Part shown: in pieces, positions 36,282 through 45,603 of the stretch
How the letters are laid out: each line of letters begins with the position of its first letter
Position numbering within the stretch: the stretch's first letter is position 1
Origin: Candidatus Poseidoniaceae archaeon
Lineage (GTDB): Archaea > Thermoplasmatota > Poseidoniia > Poseidoniales > Poseidoniaceae
Direction of reading: 5' to 3'
DNA length: 53,717 nt
Assembly (NCBI GenBank): GCA_028821785.1
Contig: JAPKFC010000003.1
Location: forward strand, 1-53,717
The notes under the pieces: model-generated
The model's input: only the letters and a program-made list of their open reading frames with translations
Told to the model about the DNA's origin: nothing
Database searches by the model: none
Made by a program: the position numbers and the translations under genes

Positions 36282-37231
36282 CAGAGTGCACCTCCTTCTG
36301 ATTCAACATCGATGGGAACTGTAACTCCTAGAAGATAACAAATCAATGCCATTCTAGCAACAACTCCATTGAATGCTTGATTGAAATAGCAAGCATGACG
36401 GGTTGAATCTACACTTGCGTGTATTTCATCAACTCTTGGCAATGGATGCATGATAATCATTTCAGACTTTACATCTGCGAGATTGTCCGCATGTAGTCTG
36501 TATGCCCCTGCGCAGCGGGAATATTCATCCTCATCTGCAAATCTTTCCTTCTGAATTCGAGTCATGTATACGACATCGGCATCGTTGATTGAGCCTAACA
36601 AATCCTCAGTCTCAATCACATTTGCACCATTCTCTCTAAGGTCTGATACAATTTCTGTTGGCATTTTCAATAATTCTGGACTAGCAAAAATCAATTCACA
36701 GCCGAATCTAGTTAATGCGTGTGATAAGGAATGAACTGTTCTTCCATATCTTAAATCACCTGCTAATACAACCTTCAATCCCTCTAAAGTCCCATGTGCT
36801 TGCCTAATAGTAAACAAATCGAGCATTGTTTGAGTTGGATGATGTCCAGCGCCGTCTCCACCGTTCATAATTGGCACACGGGCTGAATCTTGTGCGTATT
36901 GTGCAGCACCTTGACGTGGATGTCGCATAGCAATTATGTCAGTATAACCATCGACCATTTGAATGGTATCGAAAAGAGTCTCTCCCTTTACTACAGAGGA
37001 GTTTTTTATATCTCCAAGGTTTACTACTTCGCCACCTAAACGCTTCATTGCGGTCTCAAATGACATGCGAGTTCTAGTGCTTGGTTCAAAAAATAAATTG
37101 CCCAAAATTCTTCCTTGTAACAGTGGCAAAAAGAGTTTACCCTTAGCCACTGGAAGTAATCTTGTAGCATCATCTAAAATATTGATGATCTGTTCATTTG
37201 TTAGGTCGTCCATCGTGATGAGTCCCGCCAT
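36281..37231 (-). CDS. pyrB: Aspartate carbamoyltransferase catalytic chain
   Basis: FFEPSTRTRMSF, HPTQTMLD, YMTRIQKER and MHPLPR motifs; start moved to MAGL (37231). Confidence 0.97.
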   Translation of the reverse strand: MAGLITMDDLTNEQIINILDDATRLLPVAKGKLFLPLLQGRILGNLFFEPSTRTRMSFETAMKRLGGEVVNLGDIKNSSVVKGETLFDTIQMVDGYTDIIAMRHPRQGAAQYAQDSARVPIMNGGDGAGHHPTQTMLDLFTIRQAHGTLEGLKVVLAGDLRYGRTVHSLSHALTRFGCELIFASPELLKMPTEIVSDLRENGANVIETEDLLGSINDADVVYMTRIQKERFADEDEYSRCAGAYRLHADNLADVKSEMIIMHPLPRVDEIHASVDSTRHACYFNQAFNGVVARMALICYLLGVTVPIDVESEGGAL

Positions 37232-37305
37232 ATTCACCCCTCTCCTCAGCAAGCCGGCGCGAGTCGGTATTGAACATTGCCACTAAACAAGGTGGGGTGA
37301 TTGTT

Positions 37306-39093
37306 ATGGCTGATTGCTTACTAGGCAATTCTATGCAAGCATGGGCTGATGTCGAAAAGGCGATTCAGGCCGAGAAATTAATGCGCAATAAGAAGATGGA
37401 TAATCTTGTTAATTTCAGTGCTTTTTCACTATTGGCTGCTGCAATATGGTTAGCATGGCCGGCACTTAATTCTGCAATTGAAGGAGAAAGTGGAATCGTT
37501 TCAGGATTGGGCCTGCCAATCATAATATTGTTATGGGGAGTAATAATTCAAGATATAGTCGTTGATGACGCTAAAGCACGTTCAAGAGTAGGCGGTGGAG
37601 CAAGTATCATTTGGCCGATATTGTTGATGATCGGTGCGTTGAATGTAGATTTTACCCTCTCAACTGCGACTTTAGGTAGTATCCTAGTGATAATAGTTGC
37701 ATTATATTGCTACAAATCAGCCGCAAGTACCCTACAAGGTAACCTCGGAGTACTTCGCTTTCGTTCTTTGATGACCGGTGTTGGCTGTCTGACATCTTTT
37801 TCACTATTTATTGGAAAAATGCCTGAAAGTATGACTACACATTGGTTTTTAACAATCTCAATACTATTGATTTCATTTACTGAAGTAACCTATACCTGGG
37901 TAAAAGGTGATGATCAAAAAGAGATTAGGAAAAGGTTTAGAAAATTATTAGATCAAGTTGAAAATCAATTATTAGAATTGAAAGCAAAGGGTGCAGCTGT
38001 AGACCAAGCCAGTAGTTTGGTGACAACTGCGCAAGAGGAAGGACATATTGATCCAGTTTATGGGATGAGGCTACTAGATGATGCTCAAGAGGAGATTAAA
38101 CGCTCAATTTCACTTGCTGGTGATGTTAAAGTCATTATGCAAGATGCAAAATCTGCAGTAGAGGCTGCTGAGGATATAGCACCTATTGCAAAGCGTCCAA
38201 GAAAGTCTTTCAATGCTGGTGTTAGAGAAGTTGAATTGGGCTCATTGCGTGATGGAGAGTTACTCTTTAGGCAAGCCAAGAAATCTGCAAATGAGATTAT
38301 TGAGTGGTGGCGTCCTGCTGAAAATGCAATTACTGAAGCCTCACGCCAACTAAGTGGCAAAAGTGGAGATGCTGTTGAGCACTTAGTAGAAATGTTGGCT
38401 GATGCCAAGAAAAAATTATCTTCTGAAAAGCCAAAGGAGGCTTTTGAATATGCAGTAGTAATTCCTCAGCAATTGGCAGCAGATGGTGATGCGCAAGCCA
38501 AAGCAGAGAAATCTGTCAATGAAGCAGATAGACAACTCAAGCAAACAGATGGATTAGATACCTCTGATATGGAAAAACGATTATCTCAAGCAAAAGAAGA
38601 AATGGAAAAAGGCAATGCAAGCCAAGCGATGGGTTTAGCAGATGGAGTTGTAAGGACAATTATTGCTGAACGGGCTGCAATGGATGATGTTCGCAAAGCA
38701 TTACGTCAACGCAAGAAATTAAAAAAGCAATTTGAATCGAGAGAGGATATAGAGATGTGGCAATCTAAACTTGATGATATTGATGCTGCAGCTGATGAAA
38801 AGCAATGGACGCATGCTGCTACTCTGCTCGATAGGATGACCAAAGAACTCGACAAAGAAGGCCGTGCTAGCGATGATGCTCTAGAATTATATGATTTCGT
38901 AATGGATGAATGGAGAATCCTACGCAATCAATGTGAAGCAGCATTCATCAAAGTTACTGACGATGATCGTCGTGACTGTGAACAGGCGATTGCTCTTGCA
39001 GAAGAAGAACTTGGAGTTGGCAGAATACCCGAGTGTTTGGAACTATTATCAAAGGCAGATTCTGCAATGGAAAAATTACGAAGAAGGATCTAA
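37306..39093 (+). CDS. Hypothetical membrane protein with about 6 TM segments and a long cytoplasmic helical-repeat/coiled-coil region
   Basis: GGGGTGA SD before the ATG at 37306; Ala/Glu/Lys-rich helical pairs over about 390 aa. Confidence 0.75.
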   Translation: MADCLLGNSMQAWADVEKAIQAEKLMRNKKMDNLVNFSAFSLLAAAIWLAWPALNSAIEGESGIVSGLGLPIIILLWGVIIQDIVVDDAKARSRVGGGASIIWPILLMIGALNVDFTLSTATLGSILVIIVALYCYKSAASTLQGNLGVLRFRSLMTGVGCLTSFSLFIGKMPESMTTHWFLTISILLISFTEVTYTWVKGDDQKEIRKRFRKLLDQVENQLLELKAKGAAVDQASSLVTTAQEEGHIDPVYGMRLLDDAQEEIKRSISLAGDVKVIMQDAKSAVEAAEDIAPIAKRPRKSFNAGVREVELGSLRDGELLFRQAKKSANEIIEWWRPAENAITEASRQLSGKSGDAVEHLVEMLADAKKKLSSEKPKEAFEYAVVIPQQLAADGDAQAKAEKSVNEADRQLKQTDGLDTSDMEKRLSQAKEEMEKGNASQAMGLADGVVRTIIAERAAMDDVRKALRQRKKLKKQFESREDIEMWQSKLDDIDAAADEKQWTHAATLLDRMTKELDKEGRASDDALELYDFVMDEWRILRNQCEAAFIKVTDDDRRDCEQAIALAEEELGVGRIPECLELLSKADSAMEKLRRRI

Positions 39094-39098
39094 ACAAT

Positions 39099-40106
39099 TC
39101 ATTCATCTTCACTTCTAAGCAATTCCCGCATATCACAGGCCTTACATTGTTCTCCAGAAGTGACATTACCACAAGACGGACATTCTTTTGCTGGTGCTGG
39201 TGGATTCTGTCTTCCGCCTAATTGTTCAATCTCATCACGAAGACCTTTGATTTGGTCTGCCATATGCAACAGTGAATGGCGTGTTCCCGGAGTATCTGCT
39301 TCCATTTGCGCAACCAATTCTCTATGACGCCATCTCAAAGCACCTTGCGCATTTGGACATTCTTCATGGTGGAGAGGTAACTCTCGGTGCAGAGCATAAA
39401 GGTGCACTTCTTGTTCAGGCACCCAACGAAGAGGAACTATCCTAGGTGCTAATCCTTCAACCAGTGATGCAGCATGAGGTGCTAAGCGAAGAGTTCTCTC
39501 CAAATCACCATTTGACATGTTCATCATCACTGTTTGTGCCATATCATCCAAATTATGACCGAGTGCAATCACATCAGCACCAACACTCGCAGCTAGGTGA
39601 TTAATTCCCTGGCGGCGGAAAACTCCGCAATATGAACAAGCTAACCTTGGAGCACTGCTATTTTTCTTGGCCACCATTGGCAGACGGCGAACGACCTCAT
39701 CCATTTCATGGAATGACAATTCGGGATATGAAACTCGGATGTATTCAACACCAAGTTTGTCACATAACTCTTGGGCACAAATTATTGAAGGTGGCCTATA
39801 TCCTTCAATTCCTTCATCAACAGTACCTGCCACAATTCGGACATCTGGGTTTTTTCCTAGTAAGTCGACTAATGAATCAAGCAATACCGCCGAATCTTTA
39901 CCTCCTGAAATTGCCACGAAAATAGTTGTTTTCTGTCCTTTAGGTAGTGTTAATTGTAGTCTTAGTTCTTTACTGATCTTCTTACGGACTGATTTTGCTA
40001 AGTGCTTACTGCAAAGAAGCCTACCCGAATAAGCCTGTTCAACAACCGCAGGGTGCTCACAAGCATCGCATTGTGGCACGGTAAAGGCTGAACTCTCTCC
40101 GGTCAT
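39099..40106 (-). CDS. ttuA: tRNA 2-thiolation protein TtuA/Ncs6 (TIGR00269-like)
   Basis: N-terminal CxxC...C-H Zn finger, SGGKDS PP-loop, CSYCGVFRR, GHNLDD, ECP and C-terminal CPSC...CKAC; start moved to 40106. Confidence 0.9.
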   Translation of the reverse strand: MTGESSAFTVPQCDACEHPAVVEQAYSGRLLCSKHLAKSVRKKISKELRLQLTLPKGQKTTIFVAISGGKDSAVLLDSLVDLLGKNPDVRIVAGTVDEGIEGYRPPSIICAQELCDKLGVEYIRVSYPELSFHEMDEVVRRLPMVAKKNSSAPRLACSYCGVFRRQGINHLAASVGADVIALGHNLDDMAQTVMMNMSNGDLERTLRLAPHAASLVEGLAPRIVPLRWVPEQEVHLYALHRELPLHHEECPNAQGALRWRHRELVAQMEADTPGTRHSLLHMADQIKGLRDEIEQLGGRQNPPAPAKECPSCGNVTSGEQCKACDMRELLRSEDE

Positions 40107-40260
40107 AACACAGGGCGATACTTCGCCTTTTTTCAAGCAACCCCTTGTGAACAGCATTACATTATTTTAATTTGATGAAAATACAGAATCAAAGAATGAT
40201 CAGTACAGACTTAAATTCTCTTGGATAAATCTCACTAAATCGCATTGGAATACACGCCTG

Positions 40261-40291
40261 TTTTTCAATTGTAAAATCAATTTTTCAATTG
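40261..40291. repeat. Direct repeat TTTTTCAATTG x2, 20-nt period
   Basis: 40261-40271 and 40281-40291, in the divergent ttuA/roadblock intergenic region. Confidence 0.6.
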
Positions 40292-40480
40292 GAATATTAT
40301 GAGCCCAAACCCAAATATATTTTAAAAAAATTAAGTCATCAGGAGGATCGGTTTCAATCGGGATGAGTAGTTTTTATTGGCCCGGTTTTCCTCTGTTTTA
40401 CGCGGAAAATAATGCATCCTGACTGTTCCGCGATTGAATTTCGCCTATTTTGCAGTTGGAAATTTAATTTGGGTCTGTAA

Positions 40481-40498
40481 ATCCCCCTTTAGGGGGAT
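40481..40498. promoter_or_regulatory. Palindrome ATCCCCCT-TT-AGGGGGAT upstream of the roadblock operon
   Basis: Perfect 8-bp arms ending 15 nt upstream of a TATA-like CTTGAAGG (40514-40521). Confidence 0.45.
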
Positions 40499-40551
40499 GG
40501 AAACGCAAAGGTTCTTGAAGGCTACAACGCTGACAACGAAATTGAGCACAC

Positions 40552-40893
40552 ATGCTACAACGAGTTCTTGCCGGTTTACTTCGAATTGAAGGGGTTGATC
40601 AGGCTATGTTAATTGATGATAACGGCCGTTTGTTGGCAAGTGTCGGAAATGAAGGTATATTGCCACCTTTGGACAAGGCGATTAAGATTACAACTGCTGC
40701 ATTGGAATGCGCATACGCTACTGAAATTGGCGATGTGTTTGAAATTTGGTGCGAGGGGAGTGAGAGAATGATGATAGACATCGCATCTCCAAACCGCATA
40801 GTAGTGCTAAGTGGAAAGGGTGGCCGTCTTGCTAGATGGCGCCATGCTTTGGACCGAGATCGTCGCATCATCGCGACAACACAAATGAGTTGA
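40552..40893 (+). CDS. Roadblock/LC7 (MglB-like) domain protein
   Basis: 113 aa; LQRVLAGLLRIEGVDQAMLIDDNGRLLAS matches the roadblock helix-beta start, followed by a helix and three short strands. Confidence 0.7.
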   Translation: MLQRVLAGLLRIEGVDQAMLIDDNGRLLASVGNEGILPPLDKAIKITTAALECAYATEIGDVFEIWCEGSERMMIDIASPNRIVVLSGKGGRLARWRHALDRDRRIIATTQMS

Positions 40894-40898
40894 TACCT

Positions 40899-43800
40899 AT
40901 GTTTGACCTACCAATTGGAAAGCCTATCAAAGAAAAAATATCTGTTGAGGCAGGTTCTATACAGTCATTTGACCATGGAATAATTACCACATGGCTGGGA
41001 AGAAGGAAAACTCCTTCTGGCCATCGTTTAATTCGTGCTGGAAGAATTGTTGCATGGATTTGTGAAAACGAAACTGGAAAGTATCTACTCGCTGGTAATG
41101 AGGCAAAAAATAGACTGGAGGAAATAGAAAGTTCTGGCGCCAGATTAGAAGGCAGCCAATACTCTATGGCAGGGTTGGGCTGCGTTGCAGAAATCATTCC
41201 TGAATCGTTTGAATTCAATGCAGACCGCCAAGGATTGATTCCTCGCGGAAATGCTGTTGAACGACTACTATCACGTGACCTTTCATCTGTTCTACGCATA
41301 ATTTGCGAAAATGTCACGGTTCGAGGCGCTATTGCAGTTGATGCTGGTATGCTGATAGATAGTGTTGGTGAATTACCTGGTGAAGCAGAGGAACTTGCGG
41401 CTCAAGTTGGAACTGCAATAGATGCTAGGAGCTCATTATCAAATAATCTGGGCTTAACCAATCAAGGACACTGGACTCTCCACACCGCCGATGGTTCGCT
41501 ATTACTTGCCCAAACTGGTGAAATTGCAATAGCTGTTTGGACTGAGACAAATTCTGATCATTCAAGGATAATTACTGCTGCGTCTGCTGCTCTTGATGGA
41601 GAGATAGGAAGCACTGGTGCTTTGGGTTCTGAATTACCAGATGGTTTCGTAATGCGTGAAGGAAAGGGAGGCCCGGGTGCGATTATTTCAATGCTTGAAG
41701 CAGCGATAAGTGAACAAGTAACAGGCCACATCAAATCAGGAATTACTGAAAATACTGCTGTGTCTCTTGTACTAAGCAAGGGCATACCTATGACAATTTC
41801 TGCACCAAATAATGTTTCTTTTGAAGAAGCGATATTGAATTTAACGGATTCCAAGAGAGTCCTCAAACTTCACCGACTACCAACAGGGACAATCGTATCA
41901 AAGGAAAGTGGGAATCTTAGTGATTTTACTCTCGCCGACTTTAGAGATTTAATCGCTACAATCCGAACCCGTTCGGAATCAAGAAAAGAAACATTGACGC
42001 AAAAAATCAATCTCTTAATGGGATTCGAAATAGGCGTAGAGGCATTGCGTAAGGCGAGAGCACATGCAAAGTTCAAGACGACTCTGGATCACACTTCACA
42101 AGGTCTACCTGAGGTTGAAGCAGAACCTGCTCCTGCCGTAGATGCTGGACTGAGAAGAAGATTAGAGGCCGCTGAACTTGAAATTGATGATTTAACTAAG
42201 GGTAATGCTTCACTGAATGCTAAATTAAATGACGCCCAAACTGCAAAAACTGCTGCTCAAAGTCTTGCTCGCCATGCTACCGAAAGTAGTGGTGAACAAA
42301 CATCTGCTTTGGAATCTGCCAACTCTTCTCTAAATTCTATGCAAGTTGATTTGTCTCAGGCCGTATCTAAGAGCGAAGATGCAGAATCAAGAGCGCTTCG
42401 TTTGGTAAAGAGGGTAAATGAATTAGAGCATCAGGTTAGTGAAAGAGCAAGTCAGTTAGCTAAAGCACTAGGAGATTCCAAATCTAGTGAGGCTCTTAGA
42501 GATGCAATTCAAGATATGGCTCTAAAAGAGGCTGAATTAAATTCTTCATTGGATGAAGGTAGCGAAAGATTGTCCACAATCCGTCAGCAATCTGATGATG
42601 ATGAACGCCGCCTTCGAGTATTGCAAGAGCAAGTTGAGACTACGCGTGAACGTCATGCAAGGGCTCAGGCTGAATTGATGCAACTAGAAGAGAGAATTCA
42701 TGTTGCAAATACAAACCTCGATGAAGTTGATTCTGAAACAAAGGCCAGTAGACGCAGAGCTGAAGAAAATAGAACTCGTCTCGCTCAAGATGAGGCAAGA
42801 CATAGTCAAGTGCAAGCAGAATTACGAGAATTGATGGATGAACGACGCCAAGTATTGCGAGAACTAGGTGATATTGGAGGTCGTAAAGGCCAGAGTGAAG
42901 CAGAATTATTATCATTAATAGATAAGGCTGAAGATTTGAGTCAAGCACACGAAGAAGCATTGCTGGACATCCAGGAAGCAGAGAGAATCCGTGCTCGTCT
43001 CGCTGACGAACCACTGGCTCAAGCATTATTGGATGATGCTTCAACCTTTGAGGGGCTAGGACCTGTGCTTTCACGCCTTGAAACTGCACGTGGACTCGGA
43101 TATTCCGTTACATTACTGGATAGGGCAGTAGAACGTGCACTACAAGTAATTCAGTCAACCGTTGACCATGTAGCAACTACTCCGAGACATTTACTTTCAA
43201 ATGAAGTAATGACATTGCTTGAAAGACAAGTTCCGCAAACCGCTGGAGCGGTAAGGGGATTAGCACGTTGGTCTGTACAACAGAGATTAGAACATCAATT
43301 GGGAGATACAGTTGGCCATTTGATTGTTGATTTGGAGAATTTGCTAGAAGATTTCGACCGTTCTATTACAATGCTGCGACGCCTACGCAATGTCCTTGAG
43401 CAATTAGCAAAACTTGGCGCACCTGTGGATGAAATCGAAGCACTGTTAGCAAATTGTAATCGTCCTGAAGCATTACCAAGTATTGCAAAAGCGACTCATA
43501 AATTGATTCGTGTCGCATTAGATGACATTTACTTAGAGGCTGATCAAAGAGATGCTGGAGAATCAATCGCATTAGAGGAAACTGCAAGAGTTCTTGAGGA
43601 GTTAATCACTCAACTTGATGCCAGTGGTTTAGCCGATGGTACACCTAATGGTATTATGTGGGAATTCCAAAGAGATGGATTGTTACCTTATGAGAGAAAT
43701 ACAATGCCTGCGGCACAGCGTCTTGATGTCAATGATGAAATGATTTCTCATATGGAACCATCATTAGCAGGAGAAGTTCCAGTCTCATTGGATAAAGCAG

Positions 43801-44090
43801 TAAGTGATGATGCTTCAGAGGCTTCGGAGGAAGATGATGAAGATGGATGGCAACAAATGCCCACTCCAAGTGATTCAACTGAAAGTACTGCTGCAACATA
43901 TATTGCTGCCCCTGAAGCACCCGCTCTCCCCCAACCTGGAACAATCAATGAAGATGATGAAAGAGCCTTGCTAGATGAAGAATTAGCACGCCTAGATGCT
44001 GCATGGGATCACAGAAATGACCCAAAGGATTTGGCAATGGACCCTGCATTATCTGCATTAGAGGCAAAACTTAGCGGATTAGATATGTGA
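40899..44090 (+). CDS. Large multidomain protein: PATAN/DUF2226-like, roadblock/LC7, second PATAN-like domain, long coiled coil, helical domain, acidic tail
   Basis: Start moved to MFDLP (40899), 5 nt after the roadblock gene stop. Internal roadblock LSSVLRIICENVTVRGAIAVDAG...WTLHTADGSLLL; Ala/Glu/Arg heptads. Confidence 0.7.
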   Translation: MFDLPIGKPIKEKISVEAGSIQSFDHGIITTWLGRRKTPSGHRLIRAGRIVAWICENETGKYLLAGNEAKNRLEEIESSGARLEGSQYSMAGLGCVAEIIPESFEFNADRQGLIPRGNAVERLLSRDLSSVLRIICENVTVRGAIAVDAGMLIDSVGELPGEAEELAAQVGTAIDARSSLSNNLGLTNQGHWTLHTADGSLLLAQTGEIAIAVWTETNSDHSRIITAASAALDGEIGSTGALGSELPDGFVMREGKGGPGAIISMLEAAISEQVTGHIKSGITENTAVSLVLSKGIPMTISAPNNVSFEEAILNLTDSKRVLKLHRLPTGTIVSKESGNLSDFTLADFRDLIATIRTRSESRKETLTQKINLLMGFEIGVEALRKARAHAKFKTTLDHTSQGLPEVEAEPAPAVDAGLRRRLEAAELEIDDLTKGNASLNAKLNDAQTAKTAAQSLARHATESSGEQTSALESANSSLNSMQVDLSQAVSKSEDAESRALRLVKRVNELEHQVSERASQLAKALGDSKSSEALRDAIQDMALKEAELNSSLDEGSERLSTIRQQSDDDERRLRVLQEQVETTRERHARAQAELMQLEERIHVANTNLDEVDSETKASRRRAEENRTRLAQDEARHSQVQAELRELMDERRQVLRELGDIGGRKGQSEAELLSLIDKAEDLSQAHEEALLDIQEAERIRARLADEPLAQALLDDASTFEGLGPVLSRLETARGLGYSVTLLDRAVERALQVIQSTVDHVATTPRHLLSNEVMTLLERQVPQTAGAVRGLARWSVQQRLEHQLGDTVGHLIVDLENLLEDFDRSITMLRRLRNVLEQLAKLGAPVDEIEALLANCNRPEALPSIAKATHKLIRVALDDIYLEADQRDAGESIALEETARVLEELITQLDASGLADGTPNGIMWEFQRDGLLPYERNTMPAAQRLDVNDEMISHMEPSLAGEVPVSLDKAVSDDASEASEEDDEDGWQQMPTPSDSTESTAATYIAAPEAPALPQPGTINEDDERALLDEELARLDAAWDHRNDPKDLAMDPALSALEAKLSGLDM

Positions 44091-44110
44091 ACACGGCTTT
44101 GGTCGTAACC

Positions 44111-44117
44111 GAGGAGG
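44111..44117 (+). promoter_or_regulatory. Shine-Dalgarno GAGGAGG
   Basis: 7 nt upstream of the TTG start at 44125. Confidence 0.6.
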
Positions 44118-44124
44118 AATTGTA

Positions 44125-44373
44125 TTGAGCGAAACACTTGTTGGTCGTCAAGAAAAGCAAGGTCGATACTTTCCAATGTGGTTGGAAAGATTACTACTTG
44201 TTTCAGCTATTCTTACAATGTATCTATTTCATTCAGATGTTGGTAATTTTTTCCAATCGCAAGGTGCTCCGGATTGGTTAATTTTTATCATTGAATGGTT
44301 CTTATTACCAATTTCATTACTAGTGCTATCTGAATTGATTGGCAGGGTAATGCAAGCAGTTCACAGTGATTGA
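44125..44373 (+). CDS. Small 2-TM membrane protein
   Basis: TTG start with a strong SD; two hydrophobic segments; co-oriented 34 nt after the coiled-coil gene. Confidence 0.6.
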   Translation: MSETLVGRQEKQGRYFPMWLERLLLVSAILTMYLFHSDVGNFFQSQGAPDWLIFIIEWFLLPISLLVLSELIGRVMQAVHSD

Positions 44374-44375
44374 GA

Positions 44376-45602
44376 TCAAGCATCAATTTTTATTAAATCT
44401 TTACCGCTCTCTTGTGCAGTTTCGTTACTTGGTAAACGTGACTGAATTAGACCCCAGACTCTCTGCCAAGGGATGAAGAAGCGCATCACTGCCATCAATG
44501 ATAAGAACATCAATGCTGAGATTACCATGCCATAGGTTAGGGTCAATTCTATCGATTCACTAACTTGACCTGCCCATTGAGAACCTGTGGTATTGCTAAC
44601 GATTTCCAATAGCACACTGTGGAATCCTAATGCCACCATCGTTGCAATCGCTGTCAATCCTAAGAATCCAATCGTATGTCGTAGATGACCGTTTAGCATA
44701 TTATCCATCTGTCGAACATATTCTGGGTCTCTTTTACAAGACTCTGGAAGGCGGTAGGCATACTCAAGATAACGAATTACTCCATAAGATGATTCTTGGA
44801 AGACCATGATTAGAATTGCAATAGCAATCAAATTGAATTGCTCTTGAGTAACTAATTTGAAACCGAGTAGTCCAATTGTTGGAGAGCCCACCTGGCTTTC
44901 AAGTGTTATGAATTGGGCTCCATATGAACCGAGTTGTCCTTTGATAAGCGGGAAAGTCAAAATTGCATGTATTCCCAAGAAGATCAAAGTGAACCCTATT
45001 GCCCAAGCAACTGAACGACGACTTAATCCCCAAATTCCTCTAGTTCCCATAATAACTGGTAGAAGATAAATGAAGAGAATAATTATTGACATTATCATCA
45101 ATAATGGCCATTGAAGAGTTTGTAGTTCTGAATCATTTGGTAGGCGCAAATCAAAAGAAAACAACATTCCAGCTAACCAAGAAAGAATTAGACGCCCCAC
45201 TAACATTACGATCAAGGTAATAATAAATCCAAGTTTTATTCTCTGCTGCATTTGTGGTGTTTGGAATGCTAAGAAGGCCATTCCACCTCCAATAGACATT
45301 CCCAGTATAAGAGGGACAAAGAAGCGACTTAAGCCATCTCTACCTTCACCTGTTAACCAATCCCCTAATGGCAGTTGGTCGCCAATTAGTAATTCAATTG
45401 AATCAAATAACATTGTGTGGTCAATAGAGCCAACAACATATGTTGAAACAACTTCGAGATACATCGCTATCAAAGCAACTGTTGCCAAGATTTGCAAAGT
45501 CAGAATTTGCCATTGCTTCCTCAGCAATTTCAAGTGAAGGGTGCGAGCACCAATACCATCTGTCATTGTGACATCTGACTGAACATCGACTTCACTTGCC
45601 AT
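44376..45602 (-). CDS. Hypothetical polytopic membrane protein
   Basis: About 9 TM segments; starts 1 nt after the DUF58 stop, so probably the same operon. Confidence 0.75.
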   Translation of the reverse strand: MASEVDVQSDVTMTDGIGARTLHLKLLRKQWQILTLQILATVALIAMYLEVVSTYVVGSIDHTMLFDSIELLIGDQLPLGDWLTGEGRDGLSRFFVPLILGMSIGGGMAFLAFQTPQMQQRIKLGFIITLIVMLVGRLILSWLAGMLFSFDLRLPNDSELQTLQWPLLMIMSIIILFIYLLPVIMGTRGIWGLSRRSVAWAIGFTLIFLGIHAILTFPLIKGQLGSYGAQFITLESQVGSPTIGLLGFKLVTQEQFNLIAIAILIMVFQESSYGVIRYLEYAYRLPESCKRDPEYVRQMDNMLNGHLRHTIGFLGLTAIATMVALGFHSVLLEIVSNTTGSQWAGQVSESIELTLTYGMVISALMFLSLMAVMRFFIPWQRVWGLIQSRLPSNETAQESGKDLIKIDA

Positions 45603-45603
45603 T

